From assembly GCA_964342815.1 (NCBI GenBank), contig CAYFHS010000012.1, positions 32,001 through 96,000 of the forward strand: a stretch of 64,000 nucleotides of DNA, in the 5' to 3' direction. The translations under genes were made by a program, and so were the position numbers. The DNA comes from an uncultured archaeon. Lineage in GTDB: Archaea; Thermoplasmatota; Penumbrarchaeia; JASLWR01. The number at the start of each line of letters is the position of its first letter. Position 1 is the first letter of the stretch. Of this stretch, positions 19,410-28,391 are shown piece by piece. The notes below the pieces were generated by a model. That model was not told where the DNA came from. It made no database searches and was given only the letters and a program-made list of their open reading frames with translations.

Positions 19410-22235
19410 CTATACCGAAACAAACACTACGGATATTATCGTACAGAGCAATAGCCAAAAAGCGAAAGTGGGAAGCAGTCTCTTAATAAGAATAGATTCC
19501 TGGTTTTTCAGGCCGATTGCCGTTGCAATCACAACTGCGTTCATAGGAGATATCATCTCTCCGGCACTGGAACCAAGCACCTGCGCGGCAGCCACCTTTA
19601 TCGTGGGAAGCCCCAATCTGGTCGCTGCTTCAATATGCAGTCCACCAAATAGGACATTGGAGGTGGTGGTGGAACCCGTCAGAGCGGATCCACTCATACC
19701 GATAATCGGAATAAAGAACACGTATGCATCCCCAACCAGTTTTACAATATTGATAGCTATTGAAGATGTCATGTTAAAATATCTCATAATGTTGGCCATA
19801 GCAATGAATGCAACGATTGCCAGAAGGATCGGGGCGACATCCTTCGCAGTATTCAATAATGCCCGTTTTATCATTCTGTTAGGACGTATAGCATGGGCAA
19901 GAACGTCAATTCTCACCGTTTGCACATCCTCCCCACTCTTATCCACGGAATCGTCGGTAGAATCTTGAAAGTAATCCTCATCCAATTCGTCATCATCTTC
20001 GAAATCGAATTCCATATCATCATCATCGTCCGATTCATCCCAATCCAGGTCATCATCATCATCATCGTCGAAAACAACCTCATAATCCCCGCCGTCGTTC
20101 ATTAGTTTCCGTTTTTTCTTCTTCCGGGCCTCAAATGAACGCCTCCTCTTTTCTCGATTAGACTTCCTGTCTGTCATCGTCCCGGATTCATTTTCGGAGT
20201 CCTCGTCATTTGAATCATCACCGTTTCCTTCCTCATCCCTATCTGTTGCAGTTTCCGATGTATCAATTTTCGGTTGTTTCTTTTTCTTCTTCTTTTTCTT
20301 CTTTTTCAATTCTTTTCCCCGTTCTCCGGACCTGGTTTTCTTGTCCGAGACGTCCTTCTCCCCGTCCTTGACCTTGGTACTTTTAATCTTCTCCGCTGTT
20401 TTCTTCATTTCCTCAGTCAAACTGGTGGATATCTTTTTTGGTATAGGTTTCTCTTTTTCGCTACTTTTTTTCCTTGGGATTTCACCTATCTCCTGACCTT
20501 TCATCCCTCTCAGGATATTCATTTCTTTCTCGGCATCTCCAAGATGTGATATCTCAGCGTTTGTCAGGTCCTCAATAAATGTACTTTCCATCTCGCTATC
20601 GGGAAAATATCTCGCAGCGACTTTTACGAATAAAGGGACCGTTAAAGTTGTAATAAACAGAATGGTCCCGGGAGAATAGAAGGGAGAGAATTTCATCACC
20701 TTGTCGGCGGATATGGAACTGAAAGGCACCTCCAGGGTAATAATATCCATTGTAAGAAAATCATTTATCCACGGTACCAAGCGGGTTGCCAATAGTAAAA
20801 ACACCATTAATACCATAGCGTAGAAATATGGTCTGGAAAATAGACCGAGACGAGGTTTAGATGACTTGTCTGCTTTAACTCGTTTTGATAAATCATGTTT
20901 TCCTGCCTTTTTCAGTATCTTCCGTTCCACAACATATCTTTCGTAAAGAATTACGAAGACTAACGTAGCACCACCAGCGATTATTGTGGGTAGTTCTGGG
21001 CCGGCAAAATACGCCACAAGTGCTTGCAAAGTCCCGTAAACTGCACCCATCCCCATTAGCAGTATGATATCTTCCTTGAGATCGGGATCACGGAAATCGG
21101 CAAGAGGACCCTGCTCTGTATACACAATATTCATGATCAGCGGTGCAAAGATACAAAGAACAATCATGTAGATGCCGATCCATCCTGATATTGGTAATAG
21201 AGCGAGTCCAGTCACCTCCTTCAGTGCAATAATGCTAACACCCAATAAACCGAAGACCGAGGAGATGGAGTTTCCGAAAAGGCAGAGCACTCCCACACCT
21301 ATGCGGTTGAAACCCAGAGATACAAGCATGATTGCAGCTATCACGAAATTCGATCCACCCGGGGCCACGGCAGCCAGGATCAATGCAAAGCAGAATCCTA
21401 TTAGCAGTACCTGATGTTGTTTATCTGTTGAAATCGATTTGAAATCGTTCTTCAATTGATCGATGGCACCCACTTTCTCCAGCATCTTTAAGAAGAAGAA
21501 AGCACCGAAGATGGCATAAACGTAATCCAATCCACCCCAGAGAGCGCTGTAAGCGACAGTCCCGCCCATCTTATTCAGAGCTTCCCCGAACCCGAGTTCG
21601 TCCTTGAAGAATATAAGGGCTAGGATTATCGTTATAAACAACGCCGCTGGTGCCACGTACCTGGACGACAGTTTGAATACCAATATACCCGTGAAGACCA
21701 CCACCAGAGGAATGAGTGCAATCAGTGCGAGATACCAAGGGAAATCCGTCTCATCCTCTTCAACAGTTATTTTCGAGATATCCAGTATCATCACGTTATT
21801 CGTGAGGTCGGGATCACGAACCGTCTCATTAGTAGTGGTATATTGTGAAATTCGAATTCTAACGCGTTTGATGCTGGTATCATTTAAAGTTATATCCGCA
21901 TAGACCAAAGTATTGCTTGCTGTTAAGGACGTGTCTTCGCGATAGAACTCTTCCCAGAGTGCTTCATCGACCTGGTTGCCCAGGTCTATGAAAAGGGTTA
22001 TCCGCGAAAAATTTTTAACTAGGGGATTCTGGATATTCACCGATATGTTAACATCGAATCGCGGATCGATGCTATCCATAATCTTTCCCTTCCTGACCGC
22101 CAATTTGTTTCCGTCCTGAGAAATACCGATTCCAGAGATTGACATATCGTTTTCCGATATTGCCATAGTGGTTGGGGCAATCGTCATGATCAAGGTGAAA
22201 AGGACGAATATAAATAACCAGAACTTTCCTTTCAT
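19410..22235 (-). CDS. L-lactate permease (LctP)-like transporter with an N-terminal secreted domain and a large charged insertion
   Basis: ISTDKQHQVLLIGFCF, MLVSLGF, GSTTTSNVLF and AGEMISP..IATAIGL match LctP blocks. Has a signal peptide, a ~150-aa soluble domain, and a poly-K/poly-D insert. Confidence 0.8.
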   Translation of the reverse strand: MKGKFWLFIFVLFTLIMTIAPTTMAISENDMSISGIGISQDGNKLAVRKGKIMDSIDPRFDVNISVNIQNPLVKNFSRITLFIDLGNQVDEALWEEFYREDTSLTASNTLVYADITLNDTSIKRVRIRISQYTTTNETVRDPDLTNNVMILDISKITVEEDETDFPWYLALIALIPLVVVFTGILVFKLSSRYVAPAALFITIILALIFFKDELGFGEALNKMGGTVAYSALWGGLDYVYAIFGAFFFLKMLEKVGAIDQLKNDFKSISTDKQHQVLLIGFCFALILAAVAPGGSNFVIAAIMLVSLGFNRIGVGVLCLFGNSISSVFGLLGVSIIALKEVTGLALLPISGWIGIYMIVLCIFAPLIMNIVYTEQGPLADFRDPDLKEDIILLMGMGAVYGTLQALVAYFAGPELPTIIAGGATLVFVILYERYVVERKILKKAGKHDLSKRVKADKSSKPRLGLFSRPYFYAMVLMVFLLLATRLVPWINDFLTMDIITLEVPFSSISADKVMKFSPFYSPGTILFITTLTVPLFVKVAARYFPDSEMESTFIEDLTNAEISHLGDAEKEMNILRGMKGQEIGEIPRKKSSEKEKPIPKKISTSLTEEMKKTAEKIKSTKVKDGEKDVSDKKTRSGERGKELKKKKKKKKKKQPKIDTSETATDRDEEGNGDDSNDEDSENESGTMTDRKSNREKRRRSFEARKKKKRKLMNDGGDYEVVFDDDDDDDLDWDESDDDDDMEFDFEDDDELDEDYFQDSTDDSVDKSGEDVQTVRIDVLAHAIRPNRMIKRALLNTAKDVAPILLAIVAFIAMANIMRYFNMTSSIAINIVKLVGDAYVFFIPIIGMSGSALTGSTTTSNVLFGGLHIEAATRLGLPTIKVAAAQVLGSSAGEMISPMNAVVIATAIGLKNQESILIKRLLPTFAFWLLLCTIISVVFVSV

Positions 22236-22513
22236 TTGTCACACCAACTATCATCACATAAAGGAAAATGAAATCGAATCCACAACGGAATAGGCAGGTT
22301 CTTTATTAAAGTTTCTCTGGTTTATACCTTCATCTTAAGGAATATGGTTTCAGGGCTGGCAATGCCATTTTATATCAGAGAGTCCAAGATAAATTTTCAA
22401 TAAATAATTTAAGCCGCGGACCGCATCGAGGAAAATATCCAACATAATATTGAGGCAGATTTTGAAAGATGGAATTTCAATGCGACGGTATCTGGTTACA
22501 GTGAGGTTATAAA

Positions 22514-23512
22514 ATGCGCGCCATGGTGTTGAGCAAGCAAGGACCGTTAGGAGAAAATAGCTTGGTGTTAAGTTCGATTCCCCTGCCCGAACCAGGTACA
22601 GAAGAAATCCGGATCAAGGTGGCCGCCTGCGGTGTATGCAGAACCGACCTCCACATTGTGGAAGGTGATCTGGAACTTCCCAGGTCCCCACTTATACCGG
22701 GTCATCAGGTTGTTGGGACGGTGGATCAAGTAGGAAAGAATGTGACTCTTTTCAATAAAGGAGACTTAGTTGGTGTTCCCTGGCATCGCAGTTCCTGTAC
22801 TGAATGTGAATTCTGTATACAAGGATTCGAAAACCTCTGTGACAGCGCACGGTTTAACGGATATCATGCCAACGGCGGATTTGCAGAATATATGACAGCT
22901 CCAGCAGATTTTATATTCCCAATACCAATCGGATTTCCTATGATTCAAGCAGCCCCGCTTCTTTGCGCCGGCATTATTGGATTTCGTGCATTGAGACTTT
23001 CCAATATCAAAGAAGGAGGCATTCTAGGGCTGTACGGTTTCGGCGCATCAGCCCATGTAACGATCCAGATTGCAAGGCATTGGGGTATCAAGGTATATGT
23101 ATTCACCCGAAGCAGGGAGCATAGAAAATATGCTGAAAAATTAGGTGCCGCATGGACGGGAGCTTCCACTGATTCTCCTCCAAGTAAAACAGACAGCAGC
23201 ATAATCTTTGCCCCGGCCGGACCGCTGATACCGGTAGCTTTGAGGGTTCTTAGAAAGGGTGGGACACTGGCCCTGGCGGGAATTTATATGAGTCCGGTTC
23301 CTGAGATGTCATATGAGCTTCTATACGGTGAAAGAAATATCAAAAGCGTCGCAAACAGCACTAGAGAAGATGCTAGAGGACTTTTAAAGCTTGCTGCTGA
23401 AATACCCATAGTCACCGATGTGAAGATTTTTCCCCTCATAAAGGCAAACGAGGCATTATTGCGATTAAAGCGAAGCGGGATAAATGGTTCTGCGGTTCTG
23501 AAAATCGGATGA
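22514..23512 (+). CDS. Zinc-dependent alcohol dehydrogenase family (MDR) protein
   Basis: CGVCRTDLH, PGHQVVG, structural Zn site CTECEFC...NLC, APLLCAGIIG, GLYGFGASA. Confidence 0.92.
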   Translation: MRAMVLSKQGPLGENSLVLSSIPLPEPGTEEIRIKVAACGVCRTDLHIVEGDLELPRSPLIPGHQVVGTVDQVGKNVTLFNKGDLVGVPWHRSSCTECEFCIQGFENLCDSARFNGYHANGGFAEYMTAPADFIFPIPIGFPMIQAAPLLCAGIIGFRALRLSNIKEGGILGLYGFGASAHVTIQIARHWGIKVYVFTRSREHRKYAEKLGAAWTGASTDSPPSKTDSSIIFAPAGPLIPVALRVLRKGGTLALAGIYMSPVPEMSYELLYGERNIKSVANSTREDARGLLKLAAEIPIVTDVKIFPLIKANEALLRLKRSGINGSAVLKIG

Positions 23513-23535
23513 GAAATTGGATCGATTCAGAAGGA

Positions 23536-24408
23536 TCAAAGCTCACCTTCGATTCCACACTCCGGACATTTCACAGGTAGTGGATCTTTACCCGTGTCCT
23601 CTACATTGAAACTAACCGAGCATCCGGGACACTCCACTTCGAAAAGTTTCTGGCTAACCTTCTTCTTAAAAGATATTTTACGCATTTCTTTCTCAACTTC
23701 CACGTATATATCTTCCGCGGCTTCCTCGCTGATGTTAAAATGTACCCTTAAAGCCTGCAGTATCTTTTCCTCACTGTCGCTTATGATACCGTCCGATAAG
23801 GCACCCCGAAGGGCATCCTTGTATGCTTCACGATTCTTGGGATCGTTGAATTTCGCCGAAGGAACCTCGAGAGCCCCCACATCGAGGCTTGAGCGCTGGA
23901 TAACGCTGTCCTTGACATCGATACTCCCTCCGGCATAATATTTTTCAACCTGGAACACAACAGTTTGTTTTTCGTCCGGTATCTTTTTTTCCTTTACTGG
24001 CTTGGATTTCAGCTCCTCCAGTCTCCTCCTCACTTCCTCTTCTTTCCGGTAATTATTTTTATAGCTTTTCAATCCCGTAAAGAACATAAGAATCCCAACA
24101 CCAACGAATAAAAGCGGGACTATCCTGAAAAGAAGTGGTATCTTTGCCTTGAACAAGACCGTGGTAATCCCCAGGCTGAGGATTGAAAAAATCACACCCA
24201 CGATCATGACGCCAATTGCTTTGGAACGTTCGGCACTAGGAGCACATACTCTGCAGTACGTTTTTAGTGCCGGGGCGGCTTGGTGACCTTGTGACGTGCT
24301 TGCTCCACCTACCTGAACCTCCCTTTTGCAGACCATACAAATCGGCTTATCGCATTTTTCACAAGAAGTGATAGAAGGCTCGTCGGGGTGGAAAGCGCAT
24401 GGTATCAT
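23536..24408 (-). CDS. Membrane protein with a B-box-like Zn finger, two TM helices, a TerB-like helical domain and a C-terminal Zn ribbon
   Basis: CAFHPDEPSITSCEKCDKPICMVC; two hydrophobic segments; ALSDGIISDSEEKILQALRVHFNIS; CPGC...CPECG. Confidence 0.7.
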   Translation of the reverse strand: MIPCAFHPDEPSITSCEKCDKPICMVCKREVQVGGASTSQGHQAAPALKTYCRVCAPSAERSKAIGVMIVGVIFSILSLGITTVLFKAKIPLLFRIVPLLFVGVGILMFFTGLKSYKNNYRKEEEVRRRLEELKSKPVKEKKIPDEKQTVVFQVEKYYAGGSIDVKDSVIQRSSLDVGALEVPSAKFNDPKNREAYKDALRGALSDGIISDSEEKILQALRVHFNISEEAAEDIYVEVEKEMRKISFKKKVSQKLFEVECPGCSVSFNVEDTGKDPLPVKCPECGIEGEL

Positions 24409-24471
24409 AACTATCGACCGTGGGAATTAATAATCAGCTAATATTTTAAAATTTAGGTTCGGGATGAAAAA

Positions 24472-24909
24472 ATGAACGTCACTAGATTTATAATAAAAAA
24501 TGGCAATACGCCATCCATGACCTCCGGTACCTCGAGGAAATTGAAGGTACATTGCCATGAGGAGATGGCCTCGGAAGCGATACGGATGCTCTGGGCCGGG
24601 CTGCCCTATAGAGAAAAAAAAATCAAGATCGACAGATTACCCAAGGATTTTTGGGGTTCGTTCAAAATCAAAGGGGACGGCGCTCTTATCAAAAAATTCA
24701 ATAAGGTACATTTTTTCGCAGATGTAAAAAGAAAAAATGATGACTACCTGATCATCAGAGTGGAAGTGGTGATTCCCGCACCGATCTTCGGCCATGGATC
24801 CTTAAAGATATTAACGAGGTGCATCCTTCTTCTGGCAGGATATTTTCAACGTCGAAACATCGAGGTTGAAAGCGTACGTCAGTTGTTCGGACCGACACTG
24901 AAGTTGTGA
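24472..24909 (+). CDS. Hypothetical basic protein
   Basis: 145-aa ORF filling the intergenic space. No recognised motif. Confidence 0.45.
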   Translation: MNVTRFIIKNGNTPSMTSGTSRKLKVHCHEEMASEAIRMLWAGLPYREKKIKIDRLPKDFWGSFKIKGDGALIKKFNKVHFFADVKRKNDDYLIIRVEVVIPAPIFGHGSLKILTRCILLLAGYFQRRNIEVESVRQLFGPTLKL

Positions 24910-25017
24910 AGTGTTTACAAAGAGTTAAATATTTTGGCAAAGAACGTACAAATAGTCTTAATTATGCTCTATACTTTTCTGTGATACTCATTGGAGTGTA
25001 TATGGGGGGTGTAATCT

Positions 25018-25656
25018 ATGAAAAAAAGACTGTGTATTGGAATATTCCTCACCCTTTTTTTTATATTCCACCCACGCATGGTAATAAGCGAGAATTCAAT
25101 AAACTATATTCAGATCAACATAAGCAATTATAATAGATGCGAATCCCGAGCGACTGCGGTTTACATTACCCCTGCCGAGAACACGAGTTATGAATACCAA
25201 GCGGATACAGAGAACAAGACCATAGCGAGGATATGGATGAAGATAGTTTGTGAAAAATACAATCCATTGGAGACTGTAACTATAGAACCGGAGGCGGAAA
25301 CTGGCGGTTGGGAGCATTCATTGGTTCCGGATACCATAGAGGTCACAGAGAACGGCCAAAGCGAACATCCGTTCGTTCTCATATTGATTGTACCTCCAAT
25401 GGAGAAGAACACAACCAAGGAGATTATGTTCAGTGGGTCCTACATAGCTCTTGGAGGAGGAACGTATAAACTACCCGAAACTGGGGCAGAATATACGTTT
25501 TTTGTCAATGAGACACTTGATATAAGGGAAGAATCCAAAAACGAGGTGAAAACGAATGGTGGATTTTCCACAGTAGCGGTAATCACGATCATCGGGATCG
25601 CCTTGATACTGGTACTTATATCCATCGAAATCTTCTGGCGCAGGAAGAGGAAATAG
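25018..25656 (+). CDS. Hypothetical secreted, membrane-anchored protein
   Basis: N-terminal hydrophobic leader, beta-rich middle, C-terminal TM helix followed by RRKRK. SD GGGGGGT. Confidence 0.75.
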   Translation: MKKRLCIGIFLTLFFIFHPRMVISENSINYIQINISNYNRCESRATAVYITPAENTSYEYQADTENKTIARIWMKIVCEKYNPLETVTIEPEAETGGWEHSLVPDTIEVTENGQSEHPFVLILIVPPMEKNTTKEIMFSGSYIALGGGTYKLPETGAEYTFFVNETLDIREESKNEVKTNGGFSTVAVITIIGIALILVLISIEIFWRRKRK

Positions 25657-25666
25657 TAAACTCAGT

Positions 25667-26467
25667 TCAATCCAATATTTTGTTTACCTGCTCCATCACA
25701 CTTTGCCTAACGCTCTCAGGAGTAAATACCTCCAGATGACCAGGGACAGACAATATCTTCAAATTATGATTTTTTAGATATTCTATGGCAGGTTCCGTTT
25801 TCTCGGTGAACTCGTTCAATCTCGAACGAATCTTTTCTTCGGTATCATCCGATCGGATTATCACCTCGGTTCCACACATCCTGCAGAATCTGCCATTGGT
25901 GGGTGGTTCGAACTCCAAATGAAAAACCTTTTTGCATTTGGGGCAAATCCTACGGCCCATTAGCCTCTTTATGATGGATTCATCCCTGTTGTACACATGG
26001 ATAGCAAAGTCGACGGTGAAGTTCTTTCGGGTTGCAAGCTCCAGAAGGAATTTGGCCTGTCCCGGCGTCCGGGGAAATCCGTCCATCACCTTGCCACGGT
26101 AATTCGACCGTGACAAATAAGCTTTGAATAAAGAGTTCGTAATTCGATCCGGAACGTATTTTCCGCTGTCTACAAAATATTTGGCCTTCAAACCCATGAG
26201 CACTTCTTTCATACGGCCTTTGCAATTCCCCCCGAGCATTTCCACCAGCACTACGACATCCTTGAACCAATCAAGGTCATTATCCCAGAACTGAGCGAGA
26301 TCACCCTTGAAACCGCATTCATTGAATATCCCCATGTAGTACCTGAAGATTTCACCTGTGGATAGCTGCTCCAAACCGAATTCTTCCAGTAGTACGTCGA
26401 TCCGGGATTGTTTTCCTGCACCACTCTTTCCCATGACAAGAACATTCTGAACATCCTCGCGTTTCAT
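25667..26467 (-). CDS. adk: Adenylate kinase, bacterial-type, with Zn-finger LID and an NMP-domain insertion
   Basis: P-loop GKSGAGKQS, LSTGEIFR, SGKYVPD, DGFPRT..QA, LID CPKC...CRMC, RSDD.EE.IRSRL. Confidence 0.88.
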   Translation of the reverse strand: MKREDVQNVLVMGKSGAGKQSRIDVLLEEFGLEQLSTGEIFRYYMGIFNECGFKGDLAQFWDNDLDWFKDVVVLVEMLGGNCKGRMKEVLMGLKAKYFVDSGKYVPDRITNSLFKAYLSRSNYRGKVMDGFPRTPGQAKFLLELATRKNFTVDFAIHVYNRDESIIKRLMGRRICPKCKKVFHLEFEPPTNGRFCRMCGTEVIIRSDDTEEKIRSRLNEFTEKTEPAIEYLKNHNLKILSVPGHLEVFTPESVRQSVMEQVNKILD

Positions 26468-26616
26468 TGTACCACCTGTGGATTTTATACCTTATCCCTA
26501 TCTGATTAAATTAATTTATCCCAAATCCTCAAAAATCTAAAAATAAATCCACAATGTATATCAATAATTAACAGTTACGTAAGTAGAAAGCAATTATGAT
26601 CACGGGGTCTCGAAAT

Positions 26617-27072
26617 ATGATCAGCGGTGTAGAACTAAAATCCTTGAAGATCAATCTAGATGACAGAGGATATTTGATGGAGATCCTCCGCAATGACGAA
26701 CCCTTTTTCAGCGGTTTCGGCCAATGTTATATTACCAGCTGCTTTCCAGGTATTGTCAAAGCCTGGCATATGCATGAACGCCAGGAAGATAATATCTGTG
26801 CTATCAAGGGAAACATAAAATTGGTCCTCTCTGACCTGAGAAAGAAATCTCCAACATTGGCTGATATTAACGAATTCTTCATTGGCGAACAAAATCCACT
26901 GCTCATCAAGGTACCACCGGGAGTATACCACGGGTTCACCTCTCTAGGTGGTGAAACGGCGTTTCTTCTGAACATACCCTCGGAACCTTTCAACAGGAAG
27001 AAACCGGATGAGCATCGACTTCCTTATGACACCCGAAAGATCGATTATTCATGGTCAGATATCAATCGTTAA
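26617..27072 (+). CDS. rmlC: dTDP-4-dehydrorhamnose 3,5-epimerase family (cupin)
   Basis: DDRGYLME, VKAWHMH, VLSDLRKKSPT, LIKVPPGVYHGF. ATG 26617 after GGGGT is preferred over 26596. Confidence 0.88.
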   Translation: MISGVELKSLKINLDDRGYLMEILRNDEPFFSGFGQCYITSCFPGIVKAWHMHERQEDNICAIKGNIKLVLSDLRKKSPTLADINEFFIGEQNPLLIKVPPGVYHGFTSLGGETAFLLNIPSEPFNRKKPDEHRLPYDTRKIDYSWSDINR

Positions 27073-27106
27073 CCAGCAGATTTATCATTTACAAAGGAGA
27101 CAATAG

Positions 27107-28270
27107 ATGGGAAGGTCCTCCCGTGGAAAAGAGGCAAGAACACATTACCAGATACTAGGTGTTCAGTTCAATGCCACCAAGGCGGAGATCAAAAAAGCTT
27201 ACCGAAGATTGGCGGAGAAATATCATCCAGACCGGACTCGGGACCTACCGGAACACATACGTAAAAAATACGAAAAAGAAATGAAATTGATAAACATGGC
27301 TAAAGACGTTGTTCTAAATCCCACCAGCCGTTCATTTTACAACTACAAACTAGGTTTTTGCGACAGCGTGGAGGTTTTTGAAGAAGAGATCGAGGAAGTA
27401 GAACCCTTGTCAGGTGAAGGTGACCCTGCTGGCTCGCCACACTTTCAAGCCGAGCCAGAAGGCGACATAGAAACGAATGTTTCTATTAGCCCTAATAGAA
27501 TCTATGATTCTATGTCGGGACTCGACTTGTCAGGTAAAGGCGATTCGGATGGTTCCCATTTCATTCCGACGCATCAAGATGCGCCTAAACCCTCGGTTGG
27601 AAAGCCAGCTGGATCACAACACAGGACGGGTAGAGACTTGTCAAATGATAAGGGTAACATAGACGGGATCGATAGGTCATATGTTTCTTTCGGAACCAAC
27701 CCCGAAAGGGAGAACTCTGAAGAAGAATTATCTTCTGAAGATATAGACGAGGATTACGAAATCGCCGCAGAAGTGGTGGAGTTCTTCAGGGAAGAAAACG
27801 AAGGTTTGGAAGAACCCGAATTGGTTGCCGAAGTGGTAGATATTATCGATGATTCATCCGATTATACCTCACAAGATATGTACCATGAGGATATTGATCC
27901 GATTTCCAACGGTAGTCTGAATGATGAAAAAAATGATTCCAATGAACGGGAGATTACAGAGATCAATAATAATTACGAGGAAGCAAACTTAGAAGACAGA
28001 ATTCCTTTCTGGGATGAAGAACCGGTCCGGAAAAGACCAGTTAATGAATTCAAAAAGATCCATCCCCCCCTACCAAAACAAAATAATCCCGATACCGGTA
28101 GCCAGAATTTATTTATCAGAGGAACGGGTTATCACTTGGAGGTACGCCCGGTCAGTCTGTATCAGGACGACAATGTCACAATCGAGGTTACGGCGTCCGG
28201 CCTCAAGTACCGGGACCTGAAGAAGAGAACTCGAAACAGAAAAAAGGGGGATAAAAACCATCACGGATAA
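27107..28270 (+). CDS. J-domain (DnaJ-type) protein with a long acidic, probably disordered C-terminus
   Basis: [29 protein letters not shown], including the HPD motif. The remainder is D/E/S-rich. Confidence 0.85.
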   Translation: MGRSSRGKEARTHYQILGVQFNATKAEIKKAYRRLAEKYHPDRTRDLPEHIRKKYEKEMKLINMAKDVVLNPTSRSFYNYKLGFCDSVEVFEEEIEEVEPLSGEGDPAGSPHFQAEPEGDIETNVSISPNRIYDSMSGLDLSGKGDSDGSHFIPTHQDAPKPSVGKPAGSQHRTGRDLSNDKGNIDGIDRSYVSFGTNPERENSEEELSSEDIDEDYEIAAEVVEFFREENEGLEEPELVAEVVDIIDDSSDYTSQDMYHEDIDPISNGSLNDEKNDSNEREITEINNNYEEANLEDRIPFWDEEPVRKRPVNEFKKIHPPLPKQNNPDTGSQNLFIRGTGYHLEVRPVSLYQDDNVTIEVTASGLKYRDLKKRTRNRKKGDKNHHG

Positions 28271-28391
28271 ACGAGTATTTCCCGGTGCAAGCGAACAGAT
28301 GTTCCAAGATTATCGGCAGAGGCGTATATATAAGAAAAATATAGATACTTTATTAAATTTCAGTTCCTAAGGTTTATCGAAGGTGTCCTCG

